The translations under genes were made by a program, and so were the position numbers. Below are positions 1 through 9,110 of a stretch of 64,000 nucleotides of DNA, piece by piece; within the stretch, counting starts at the first letter, position 1, and every line of letters starts with the position of its first letter. The notes under the pieces were generated by a model. That model saw nothing but the letters and a program-made list of their open reading frames with translations. It was not told the origin of the DNA and made no database searches. The DNA is from Bacillota bacterium (GTDB lineage Bacteria > Macinerneyibacteriota > Macinerneyibacteria > Macinerneyibacteriales > DSCS01): positions 2,541 through 66,540 of the forward strand of contig DSCS01000057.1 in the NCBI GenBank assembly GCA_011048995.1, read 5' to 3'.

Positions 1-911
1 GGCGCCGGCAAAGGCTCAGCCATCTCCCCGGGGGCTGTCAGAACCGGGATAAAGGAAGAAGTATCGGGGAAGGAGTGAAAAAAGGGACGGATCTCGGCCA
101 TGCTTTCTCCCACTTTTTCCAAAAGTGAGATCTTTTCGGCAAAGATCGTTTCCGGGTCCTCTTGAGTCACCAAAAAAGCTTCCCATGAAGGATCGGCCAT
201 GTCTGTCAACGCAGAGTAGCCCTTATAAATTTTCGGAAAGTCTCTCTCAATCCCGGGATAGGTCTCTTTTTCCATAAATTCAAGCACAGGAATATGCTCT
301 TTAAGCCCTTCAAAATCCAGGGATTCATCAAAAAGGATCTCTTTCAACGGGTAGATAAGGGCTCTGTTACAGGGAGATGCTGTCACCTGTGTGTCGGGAT
401 TGTAAAAACGTATACTCTCGATCTCTTTATCCCAGAAAACTAAGCGGTAGGGCCGTATTTCTGTGGGACAAAAAATATCAACGATTTCCCCTCTCACTGC
501 AAACTGCCCCGGATAACGGGCTTCATAGACTCGTTCATATCCCATGCGGGATAGTTTTTTGATTAAGAAGTCATGACCCATACTCGTTGAAGGAACTAAA
601 TCCAGTATATAACGGCTTAAAAGGTCAAGAGGAAGGAGTTTCTGATAAAGGCCCGCCACCGAAGTGATGACAGTCACCCGGGTTGACGTGAGCATGGCAT
701 GGATCGTCCGGCATCGGGAAGCACATTTCTCCTTATCGCCCACAAAAGCCTCAAAAGGGAGGATCTCCCACGGATAGAAAAGAAAAGCCTCTTTACAGAG
801 ACCTTCAAAGGCCATAGCTTCATCAATCGTCTCAAAAACAATAAGTTTCTTTAAGGAAGGCCGGGACCTCAGAATATGATGAAGATGGCCCCGGGATGCA
901 GCATTGATCAT
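1..911 (-). CDS. mfd: Transcription-repair coupling factor, N-terminal part (runs off window edge; not in ORF track)
   Basis: Manual translation from ATG at 911 (AAGGA upstream) gives MINAASRGH...AFLFYPWEILPFEAF...TVITSVAGLYQKLLP, resembling the UvrB-homology N-terminus of Mfd. Confidence 0.8.
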   Translation of the reverse strand, partial: MINAASRGHLHHILRSRPSLKKLIVFETIDEAMAFEGLCKEAFLFYPWEILPFEAFVGDKEKCASRCRTIHAMLTSTRVTVITSVAGLYQKLLPLDLLSRYILDLVPSTSMGHDFLIKKLSRMGYERVYEARYPGQFAVRGEIVDIFCPTEIRPYRLVFWDKEIESIRFYNPDTQVTASPCNRALIYPLKEILFDESLDFEGLKEHIPVLEFMEKETYPGIERDFPKIYKGYSALTDMADPSWEAFLVTQEDPETIFAEKISLLEKVGESMAEIRPFFHSFPDTSSFIPVLTAPGEMAEPLPA

Positions 912-947
912 GAATGTCCTTACTTTGAATATCCCCTATGTTGCAAG

Positions 948-2603
948 CTATTCTCCCGTGAAAAGGTACCGTTTGATCTTCCGAGTCGATGTCTTGGGAA
1001 ATTCTTCATGACGAAGTGAGATGCCCCTGACCCTTTTATACTGAGCCAGGTGATGATTTAATTTATCGATCTCATGCTTAAGCAAAGTAATGATCTTTTC
1101 ATCATCGGGATATTCCATATGGTTTTCAGCCGCCCATTCTTCAAGTTTTTCGGTGTTGGGGTAGATAATGGCTTCGGGATGATCTTTTCCCACAACCAAA
1201 ACTTCCTCGATATACGGACATTGGATGAGTATTTCTTCGAGCTCTTCCGGATAGATATTTTTCCCGGCGCTGGAGACAATGACATTTTTCAGCCGGCCCT
1301 TAATGTTGACTCGCCCTTTTTTGTCAATGAAGCCGTAATCCCCCGTATAAAACCAGCCCTGTTTGAGGACTTCGGCCGTTTTCTCCGGTTCTTTATAATA
1401 GCCTTTCATAATATTATCACCCCGGGCGACGATCTCTCCGACGCCTGTTTCATCGGGATTAAAGATGCGTATCTTGACACCCCGAAGAGGCTTTCCGACG
1501 GAGTTGAAGTCGATATCTTCAGGGTCGACGGCGGCTAAAACAGGAGAGGTCTCCGTCAAACCGTAACCCTGGATGATAGGAATGCCTAAAAGAAAAAAGA
1601 ACCGGCTGACATGGGAAGGCATGGCGGCACCGCCGGCAACAAAAAAATCAATGTTTTCAAAACCGGCCTTTTCCAAAAGGGGTTTAAAGATCTTCTTTGT
1701 CCCATTCAGGCTTTTGTCAAAAAGGCGCCGTGTCCGGGCGATAAAAAAAAGAATTCTAACCACTATTTTACGCAGCGGAGGGAGTTTGCCGATATTCGTT
1801 TGAATGGTATTATAGATCTTTTCGAAAACGAGCGGAACACCGACCATTTTTGTAACCCCGGTATCGCCCATGGCTTTGACAATATCCCGGTTCGCCAGAG
1901 AAGGAGAAAAGGTGATCAATGAGCCGCTGAAAACAGGTGTCAGAAATCCGGCCGTTCCCTCATAGGCATGGTGAAGGGGCAAAATCGAAAGAAGATTATC
2001 CTCAGGCTGAATCTGAAGGCGCTCCCGGATCGCCAGCAAATTGGAAGTCAAATTTTTATGGGTCAGGATAACACCTTTTGTTTTGCCGGTGGTTCCGGAA
2101 GTATAAAGAAAAACAGCCGGATCGTCGGGGTCCATGTCAGGAAGTCCTGGAATATCACAAGGATCCTTAAAGAGGGAATAAAAACCCCCCTTCCCGTCAG
2201 GCCCTAATTCAAAAGAGTCTTGCAGTTGAGACATCTCATCTTTTGTGGAAAGAATATCTTCAAGAAATTTCCCCTCGGCAAAAACACCCTTCATATCAGA
2301 ATCATTGATGATATGGATGATCTCATGAAGACCCAGCAAACGGTCAATGGGAACAGCAATAAACCCGTACAGCATGCAGGCAGCATAGACCATGGCCCAC
2401 TCCGGAGTGTTATTGCCGACAATACCGACCTTATCCCCTTTTTCATAACCTTTTTTGCGGAGAAGGGCTCCCAGTTTTAATGCATAACTTAAATACTCCC
2501 CGTAGGTAAAAGAGACATATTCCCCGTTTCGGAAAATCTGCAAAGCCTTGCGTCCCTCAAAAGTTTTCCCGTTTTGTAAAAAGAGATCCTGTAATGTCCT
2601 CAT
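948..2603 (-). CDS. fadD: Long-chain fatty-acid--CoA ligase (AMP-binding family)
   Basis: YTSGTTGKTKG P-loop, QGYGLTE, WFYTGDYG, GRLKNVIVSSAGKNIYPEELE, TSTRKIKR. Confidence 0.9.
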   Translation of the reverse strand: MRTLQDLFLQNGKTFEGRKALQIFRNGEYVSFTYGEYLSYALKLGALLRKKGYEKGDKVGIVGNNTPEWAMVYAACMLYGFIAVPIDRLLGLHEIIHIINDSDMKGVFAEGKFLEDILSTKDEMSQLQDSFELGPDGKGGFYSLFKDPCDIPGLPDMDPDDPAVFLYTSGTTGKTKGVILTHKNLTSNLLAIRERLQIQPEDNLLSILPLHHAYEGTAGFLTPVFSGSLITFSPSLANRDIVKAMGDTGVTKMVGVPLVFEKIYNTIQTNIGKLPPLRKIVVRILFFIARTRRLFDKSLNGTKKIFKPLLEKAGFENIDFFVAGGAAMPSHVSRFFFLLGIPIIQGYGLTETSPVLAAVDPEDIDFNSVGKPLRGVKIRIFNPDETGVGEIVARGDNIMKGYYKEPEKTAEVLKQGWFYTGDYGFIDKKGRVNIKGRLKNVIVSSAGKNIYPEELEEILIQCPYIEEVLVVGKDHPEAIIYPNTEKLEEWAAENHMEYPDDEKIITLLKHEIDKLNHHLAQYKRVRGISLRHEEFPKTSTRKIKRYLFTGE

Positions 2604-2944
2604 AAAGCGACCTTTCTTTTGGCTTCGTCCAATGTGTCATATATTTTAAAGATCTTGTTAAACCCGGCCAGACTCAAAATCTTTTCAATTTTCGGTGTAG
2701 GCGATGCTAAGGCCAGCTCTCCACTGTTCTTATTGAGAATTGAGCGCGCTGCCAAAAAAGAACCCATTCCGGCGCTGTCCACATATTCCACCCGGCTGAG
2801 GTCAAATATGACAAAAACGGTGCCCTTCGGCAAAAGAACATCTTTGACCATCTGAATGACGGCCGGCTCATCATTCACGTTAATATTTCCTGTAAATAAA
2901 ACGACCGCAGTCTTGCCGGTTTCTTCAGTGACGCTCCATTCCAT
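2600..2944 (-). CDS. STAS-domain anti-sigma factor antagonist (RsbV/SpoIIAA-like)
   Basis: DLSRVEYVDSAGMG carries the phosphoacceptor Ser; 114 aa. Confidence 0.9.
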   Translation of the reverse strand: MEWSVTEETGKTAVVLFTGNINVNDEPAVIQMVKDVLLPKGTVFVIFDLSRVEYVDSAGMGSFLAARSILNKNSGELALASPTPKIEKILSLAGFNKIFKIYDTLDEAKRKVAL

Positions 2945-3362
2945 TCTTTCCTCCTCTGCAGGCTATACGCATCTTCAAAACAGTCTCCCCGGGGTGGAAA
3001 CTGTATTCCACTTGGTCCATCAGCCTCTTCATCAGAAAAATACCCCGTCCTCCCGGTAAAGCAATATTATCAGGGTGAGTCGGGTCGGCCAGGCTCTCAG
3101 GGAAAAACCCGGTGCCTCTGTCCTTTATGGTAATATGAAGTTCCGTATCTGTCAAAAGAAGTTCCATATCCACGTTGAGTCCGGGGTCTTCTTTGTTTCC
3201 GTGTTTTACGGCATTGACAATTCCCTCGACAAGGGCCAAAAAGATCTCATCCGTGCACAGCCCGCTTCCTGATGCGAAGTCAGACATAAACTTGCGGTAA
3301 AACAGCTCAATAGGAGAAAGATAGGTCGTTTGGCTGGGGAAACTTAACATTAACCGCGGCAT
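2925..3362 (-). CDS. Anti-sigma factor / Ser kinase (RsbW-like HATPase)
   Basis: ALVEGIVNAVKHGN (N box), DRGTGF (G1), GGRGIFLM (G2). Start placed at ATG 3362. Confidence 0.9.
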   Translation of the reverse strand: MPRLMLSFPSQTTYLSPIELFYRKFMSDFASGSGLCTDEIFLALVEGIVNAVKHGNKEDPGLNVDMELLLTDTELHITIKDRGTGFFPESLADPTHPDNIALPGGRGIFLMKRLMDQVEYSFHPGETVLKMRIACRGGKNGMERH

Positions 3363-3363
3363 A

Positions 3364-4608
3364 TCACTCTCTTCGGAAGACAAGCAATGTCATATCATCA
3401 CCCGGTTTGTCATCGGCGAAATTCAGAGCCTGCTCAAAGAGAAGACGGCTCAAGGCCCCCGGAGTCATTGAGCGGCCCTTTTTCAGGTCTTTCTCGAATT
3501 CTTTTTCCCCGTAAAGATTCTCATCGTCATCCATGGCTTCAGTAATCCCGTCTGTGTAAAGGACCAGAGAGCCGCCGCTCTTTAATTTCAGATGATGCGT
3601 CGAAAATTCGTAACCGTCCATGATCCCCAAAGGGATATCATTGCTCTCTAAAAAGAGAGGAAGCCCTTCACAAGAGAGCAAAACAGGATAATTATGGCCG
3701 GCATTGATAAATTCCACATCATGATTTTCTGTATTGAGTATCCCCAGGATCAGTGTGACAAAACGCTGGGCTTCCGTATCATTGAAAATTGACTTGTTCA
3801 GCAGAGAGACGATATCCTTTAACTTCATATGGAAACGCACAGCCGAGTGAAGATACGCCCGCAGTGTACTCATCACTAAAGCAGCAGGGGCCCCCTTTCC
3901 CGAAACGTCGGCGACAACAAATAAAACATGATGCTCTCCATAAGGCAAAACATCATAATAGTCCCCTCCCACATTGCGGCAGGCCCGGTATTGCGCTACA
4001 TAGTCATATCCCTTAATCCGTATATCGTTTCTGGGGAGGAGACGCTCCTGTATTTCACCGGCGATCCTTAAATCAGCCTCCATCCGCTCTTTATCCAGGG
4101 CATCTTTATGCCACATGGCGTTCTTCAGATTCAAGGCGGCCAGGTCTGCAAAAGTCTGCAACAGGCTGAGTTCTTTTTCGGTAAATGAGCCTCCGTTTTC
4201 TTTGTTTAACACTTCAATAAGTCCTATGGCTTGTCCATTGATCCAGACAGGCACGCCGATAATCGATTTTGTCACAAATTCACTTTTCTTGTCGACGCCC
4301 TGAAAAAAACGAGGGTCAGACGAAACATCTTTGACCAGCAAAGGCTTTTTGTTTTGAATGATCCATCCGGCAATGCCTTTGTCGGCAGGAAACCGGATCT
4401 CTTTAATCCTCTCGCCTTTGTCTCCTGTGGCCACATCGAAATAGAGTTCATTCTTTTCTTTATCAAGAAAAATAAGAGAGCTGGCTTCCGCTTTAAAGAC
4501 CGCTTTGGCCTGCTCCATGATCACCGCTTTGATGTGGTCGAAATCCAAAGAAGCATTGAGAAGTTTCACAACATCAAGTAGTTTTCTGTATTGGCTTTGT
4601 TCCGCCAT
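3364..4608 (-). CDS. GAF-domain PP2C phosphatase (RsbU/SpoIIE family)
   Basis: N-terminal GAF (DVSSDPRF, GLIEVLNK), then VGGDYYD, ADVSGKG, NAGH, YTDGITEA, DDMT. Confidence 0.92.
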   Translation of the reverse strand: MAEQSQYRKLLDVVKLLNASLDFDHIKAVIMEQAKAVFKAEASSLIFLDKEKNELYFDVATGDKGERIKEIRFPADKGIAGWIIQNKKPLLVKDVSSDPRFFQGVDKKSEFVTKSIIGVPVWINGQAIGLIEVLNKENGGSFTEKELSLLQTFADLAALNLKNAMWHKDALDKERMEADLRIAGEIQERLLPRNDIRIKGYDYVAQYRACRNVGGDYYDVLPYGEHHVLFVVADVSGKGAPAALVMSTLRAYLHSAVRFHMKLKDIVSLLNKSIFNDTEAQRFVTLILGILNTENHDVEFINAGHNYPVLLSCEGLPLFLESNDIPLGIMDGYEFSTHHLKLKSGGSLVLYTDGITEAMDDDENLYGEKEFEKDLKKGRSMTPGALSRLLFEQALNFADDKPGDDMTLLVFRRE

Positions 4609-6787
4609 TACGTCCCTCCCGTTCCCATTGAGTCAATAATTTAATATAGCCGTTGAGCTTTTCTTTGGCAACCAGTAATTCAGCGGCTTTTTCTTCCTCA
4701 TCGTCCACAATATCCGGGGAAGCTTTGTTGAGGAAATCAAAGTTAAAAAGCAGACTTCTTTTTTCAAGGATCCGCCTGTCCAGCTCCCTGCGCTGTTGCA
4801 TGAGGTCCTCCAGCCGCCCGGCTATTCTGGATTTATCATAGACGGGAATATAGACAGCCCATTTATCCACTGAAAGTTTCAGGCTTTTTCGCGGAATCTC
4901 TTTGCCGGAGGCAAATTTCAGCTCTGTAATATTAAGAAAACGCGTAATATAAAACATGTTGCGGTTTAAAATATCTTCCAGCCCGCCCCCGGGGCTTGTC
5001 ACAAAGACATCCAGCGGCTCATCGGGACTGATATTCAAAATCGCTTTGCCGTCCATCACACGGTCGATCAAATCCAGAATAATATGATCCCTGTTCAACT
5101 CTTCACGAAAATGATAATCCTCCCGGTACACCGGAACATGTCCTGTGCCGGAATCCGTCTGGGCGAAAGGCGCCAGGCAATACTTGATGATCCCAAAAGC
5201 GTAAGAGCAGTTTTTAAAAACAGCAGGATCTTCGTCAGCCTGGATTTTTTTCAAAAAAGGGTAGACACGGCGGTCTAAAGTGAACATGAGATGAGCCAGC
5301 TTTTTGAGATAGGCGAACAGCTCTCCTGACACAAGAGCTTGTCCCCCTTCTAAAATAAACTCTTCTAATTCCGTAAGAATCAGTTTATCAATGTAAAAAT
5401 CCGTTCTGATATCAACATGGCCCGGTTCATCTGTCCCTTTTCTGTTAAAGAGACGCTCCCAGCGATTAAGAAAAGAGTGAATGCCTCTGTCCGTCAGTAC
5501 GACTTCGTTTTTATCATCTCCTCTGAGAAATGAAAGGGGAGATTTCTCTGCAAGCCCTGCAGGAACTCCCTGCTCTTCTTCGATACGGGAAGAATCAAGT
5601 ACGATGATTCGGCTTTCATATTTTGCACTTTCCGGCATCATTATTTTTTCGAAAAAAGAAATCCGCTCGGCGACATGGGCTTTCTCTTCTTCCAGGAGAA
5701 CCAGATAATCCGCCTGATTCTCCCAAAGAAGAGGCAAAAGCAGGTTCCTCAAATGATCGTTGAAGAGCAAGTCGCTCGTTTTCGTCTCAGCCCCGCATAT
5801 CGGACATTTCTCTCCTTCATCCCCTGCCCAGGAGCACGAAGGGCATAAGCGGAAGGGAAACGTCACCGGCCCCGGATGTGAATCGGGCCAGCCTTCATGG
5901 GATGTCAGGATAAAGGGTGCAGTCTTGGGAGGCTCCCCCAAAACCATTTCAGCCTTTTCTCCGGAGACGATAAGATGCTCCGCTAAAAGATTCTGTGTCA
6001 GGCTTCCGCATTGACGGCAACGGAGGACATCCACATCCTGCTCAACAGTTTGCGATAAAGCACCATATGAAGCCAGATCCGATAAAAGACGGCTGCGGTC
6101 ATTTTTATATTGAGAAAGCAATTTTGATGAGCCGTCCTTCTCCTTTTGTGATTCATACAAAAAGTCAAAAGAATAATAGCGGGTATAATATTCGGGCCTG
6201 TTGATATCATCGATTTTCAAAATAGGAATGTGATGCCCCAAGATAGGAACAACGCCTTTTCTATCGGCATATTTTTCCATGTTCCGCACACCCACAGCTT
6301 TGATGTAAAGCAGAGCCAAAGGATCTGTAAATGTGAAGATCAGGGGCTCAGCTGAAGCCGTGACGTTCATCTTCATCACAAAAGATTGATGTGTCTCTCG
6401 GCGGGAAAGGGTTTCATAATCTTCTAAAACACGCCCGCATAGGGGGCAGTAATGACCTTTAACGTTTTTTCGGTTCACCATCTCTTTACGGACAAGCTCT
6501 TTAATGAGCCGTCCGATAAAAGCTTCTCGGATTTTTTTATCCAGCGGAAAAGGCAAGGCGCCGAACCGAACACCGGGGCCGCCGGCCATCGCTTTTTTCA
6601 TCTGGTCCTTCTGTTCTTTTTCGCATAGGATCAAATCATAATAACCGGGAGGTTCTTTTTGAAAAGCAGAAAGGCCCTGATGCAAAAAATAGCTGTAGAC
6701 CAACGGATAGAGGCTTCCGGTGGTAATTCTTTTTGAAGTCAAAGGAGGATAATAGATCATGCCCTTTTTCTTTTTTTTAACGGCCAT
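4574..6787 (-). CDS. Valyl-tRNA synthetase-like protein, predicted catalytically inactive paralogue
   Basis: Colinear with ValRS: PPLTSKRITTGS at the HIGH position, YCPLC, editing-domain-like FTFTDP...IPILKID, CRQC, CPSC, CPIC, anticodon-binding-like helices, and C-terminal coiled coil NFDFLNKASPDIVDDEEEK. No HIGH or KMSKS. ATG 6787 preceded by AAGGAGG. Confidence 0.75.
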   Translation of the reverse strand: MAVKKKKKGMIYYPPLTSKRITTGSLYPLVYSYFLHQGLSAFQKEPPGYYDLILCEKEQKDQMKKAMAGGPGVRFGALPFPLDKKIREAFIGRLIKELVRKEMVNRKNVKGHYCPLCGRVLEDYETLSRRETHQSFVMKMNVTASAEPLIFTFTDPLALLYIKAVGVRNMEKYADRKGVVPILGHHIPILKIDDINRPEYYTRYYSFDFLYESQKEKDGSSKLLSQYKNDRSRLLSDLASYGALSQTVEQDVDVLRCRQCGSLTQNLLAEHLIVSGEKAEMVLGEPPKTAPFILTSHEGWPDSHPGPVTFPFRLCPSCSWAGDEGEKCPICGAETKTSDLLFNDHLRNLLLPLLWENQADYLVLLEEEKAHVAERISFFEKIMMPESAKYESRIIVLDSSRIEEEQGVPAGLAEKSPLSFLRGDDKNEVVLTDRGIHSFLNRWERLFNRKGTDEPGHVDIRTDFYIDKLILTELEEFILEGGQALVSGELFAYLKKLAHLMFTLDRRVYPFLKKIQADEDPAVFKNCSYAFGIIKYCLAPFAQTDSGTGHVPVYREDYHFREELNRDHIILDLIDRVMDGKAILNISPDEPLDVFVTSPGGGLEDILNRNMFYITRFLNITELKFASGKEIPRKSLKLSVDKWAVYIPVYDKSRIAGRLEDLMQQRRELDRRILEKRSLLFNFDFLNKASPDIVDDEEEKAAELLVAKEKLNGYIKLLTQWEREGRNGGTKPIQKTT

Positions 6788-7340
6788 GCGCCTCCTTTTC
6801 CGAAAAGATCTCTGCTGTGAAAAGGTAGACTTCTGTTCCGGGTTCCCCCAACACATCGGAAGAAAGGCCGGCTTTCAGACATGTATTCTCTAAAAACTCA
6901 TCTCTGTCCCAATGATACTCTGTCGCCACCTGAGGGAGAAGCAAGCCGGAGCGATGATTCCTGCGGATGAAAAGCCCGTGAAGCCCGATCTTAATCTCTT
7001 CGAAATCCCGAACCTCTTTCAACGGAGAAAGAAGCGAGATCTCAATCTGCAGATCCGGCAGCTCTTCGCGCATCAAGGGGGAAAAACGGGGGTCTTGAAA
7101 GGCAGCTTCACGGGCCAGATATATTACGGCTTCCTTCATGGGTTGTACGCCTGTGATATACCCGATGCATCCCCTTAGCCGCCCGTGTATTGTCAACGTT
7201 ACAAATAGCCCGCATTTTTCTTCATAAAGAGTGTTTTTCTCTAAAGGCTCAATGGGAAGAGAGGGATCGAAGACTGAAGCAATACTTTGACGGGCTCTAC
7301 ATAACAGAGCTTTTTTGTGATAGTCCTTCAGCTTTTGCAT
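6777..7340 (-). CDS. amrA: AmmeMemoRadiSam system protein A (AMMECR1 domain)
   Basis: GLFVTL, LRGCIG, AAFQDPRF, GLHGL, GLLLPQVATE, CLKAGL. Confidence 0.92.
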   Translation of the reverse strand: MQKLKDYHKKALLCRARQSIASVFDPSLPIEPLEKNTLYEEKCGLFVTLTIHGRLRGCIGYITGVQPMKEAVIYLAREAAFQDPRFSPLMREELPDLQIEISLLSPLKEVRDFEEIKIGLHGLFIRRNHRSGLLLPQVATEYHWDRDEFLENTCLKAGLSSDVLGEPGTEVYLFTAEIFSEKEAHGR

Positions 7341-8304
7341 GTCCGGCCCTCCTCTTTCTCTTCCAATTTATGAAAAAAACCGCCAAAGCCCAGAGGAATA
7401 AGATGATGATGATGAAATTCATAATCCCACCCAGGTAGAGGTATTTCTTTTTATATCGGAATTGCCGCTCGTGAGCAGCCTTGAATTGGGCATCGCCGAA
7501 ATAGCACATCTCTTTATGATCAGGAGAATAGACATCGATTATGCCTCTGGCATTATCGCTGACAAAAGCATACCCGTTGAATACAGCCAAAGAAGCCGGC
7601 AGGCGGTATTTTTCCGAAGTCTCTTTTATATAGACATTCTCATGCGGGACATAAACACAATAGCGGGAAGAGAAATAATCCCTGTCGGCAAACAGAAAGT
7701 GCAGAAGGCCGTTCACATCGACGGCCTGAAGAATTGTCCCGTCCTGAGGAAGGCGATCAAACGCGAAATGTTCATTGCCGTAAAGCCCGTAGATATGATG
7801 ATGTTCCCGCTCTGAATAATACAATATCCCCTGCCATTGGAAAACTGTGTACGGGCGGGCCTTCGTCTGTAAAGTCTCAATGAATTCCCCGTCAGCATCA
7901 AAGATATCGATTTTTTTCTCTTTGGCCCGCACAGCGAATATTTTATCATCAACGGCGGAAACATTGATATAATCGTTGCCCTCAAAACTTTTTTGCGTGT
8001 TAAACCACAGATCATAAAGAACAAAGCACCGGCTTTCGCGATGATAAATACCGGGCCGGCCCGACAGGAAGAAAAAAGAATCAGGCTTGTTTGTAAAAGA
8101 GAATTCCATGATTTTATCCCCATTCAGGGTATAGCCCTGTATAGACTGTTCTTCCAGCACATAGAGCGTATCATCGTTTACCGCGATGGTTGTGATTCCC
8201 GGGGCTTTTTGAAATCTGTCAATAGCAATAAAATGAACAGCGACGGCAGCCAACATAAGCCCGATGATGATAAGGGCCTGAATATTAAGTTTTTTTTCAC
8301 TCAT
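7297..8304 (-). CDS. Hypothetical membrane protein, beta-propeller-like domain between two TM segments
   Basis: Hydrophobic N- and C-terminal helices flanking beta-rich NHL/YncE-like repeats (AFVSDNARGIIDVYS). Confidence 0.6.
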   Translation of the reverse strand: MSEKKLNIQALIIIGLMLAAVAVHFIAIDRFQKAPGITTIAVNDDTLYVLEEQSIQGYTLNGDKIMEFSFTNKPDSFFFLSGRPGIYHRESRCFVLYDLWFNTQKSFEGNDYINVSAVDDKIFAVRAKEKKIDIFDADGEFIETLQTKARPYTVFQWQGILYYSEREHHHIYGLYGNEHFAFDRLPQDGTILQAVDVNGLLHFLFADRDYFSSRYCVYVPHENVYIKETSEKYRLPASLAVFNGYAFVSDNARGIIDVYSPDHKEMCYFGDAQFKAAHERQFRYKKKYLYLGGIMNFIIIILFLWALAVFFINWKRKRRAGHAKAEGLSQKSSVM

Positions 8305-8626
8305 CGCCTACACCAAAAACCTCTTTAAGGAAATCATTCATCAGATCTTCACTGTTTTCAGTAGGAACGACCTGGCTGATCTCATCGCTTTCGGCATTGC
8401 GAATCGTCGACATGACCTCTTTGTGCTGTTCGACAAGTTTTTCTTCTATCTTTTTAACTATTTTTTCAGGATCGCCGTTAATGATCAGTTTCTTTTTTTT
8501 GCTCCCGATAATGGCTCCATTATCAAAAATAAGGGTCACAATGGTGTTATTGGACGGCATGTATTCTGTCTGAACATGCACTTTCCTGTCTTTGAAGTCA
8601 ACATCGCTGTTTCGGCCCTGAATCAT
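8297..8626 (-). CDS. Conserved hypothetical protein (G-x-N...HVQTE type)
   Basis: GGAGG RBS; IQGRNSDV...VHVQTE...TLIFDNGAII...EQHKEVM; overlaps both neighbours. Confidence 0.7.
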   Translation of the reverse strand: MIQGRNSDVDFKDRKVHVQTEYMPSNNTIVTLIFDNGAIIGSKKKKLIINGDPEKIVKKIEEKLVEQHKEVMSTIRNAESDEISQVVPTENSEDLMNDFLKEVFGVGDE

Positions 8627-9110
8627 TCGCGTCCTCCCTTATATGGTGAATTATATCATCATTATCTTTCGTTTCAAGAATTAGTTGCATTAACAAAGCA
8701 TCCTCTCCCGTATCAGTGTAATAGCGGGGCCTGATACCCGCTCTTTCAAATCCCCGAGAGGCATACAACGCGAGAGCCGACACATTGCTTTTTCTGACCT
8801 CCAGATGAACCACACCGGCCCCTCTTCGGGACATTTCCTGTAAAGACGCATCCAACAGAGATCCCCCGAGGCCTTGCCTGCGATACTCCGGTAGGACTGC
8901 AAAATCGGCGATGTGCCCTTCTTCGAATAACACCCAATTCAAGCTGAACCCCGCAAGACGTTCTTCATCAAAGATCCCCAGAAAAAAAGCATACGATTTC
9001 AAAAATTCGGCGTTCAGCATCTCTCTTGTCCAGGGAAGAGTAAAAGAGTCTGCCTCAACAGCAAAAATGTCCTCCAGGGACTCTTTATGAAGAAGGGTGA
9101 TTCTTCTCAT
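8598..9110 (-). CDS. rimI: Ribosomal protein S18 alanine N-acetyltransferase
   Basis: PWT, FAVLPEYRRQGLG, LEVRKSN, GIRPRYY...EDALLM; follows tsaB. Confidence 0.9.
   Translation of the reverse strand: MRRITLLHKESLEDIFAVEADSFTLPWTREMLNAEFLKSYAFFLGIFDEERLAGFSLNWVLFEEGHIADFAVLPEYRRQGLGGSLLDASLQEMSRRGAGVVHLEVRKSNVSALALYASRGFERAGIRPRYYTDTGEDALLMQLILETKDNDDIIHHIREDANDSGPKQRC

Noticed and set aside
377..562. 61-aa plus-strand ORF
   Set aside because: It is antisense to the mfd frame, which the track missed because mfd runs off the window.
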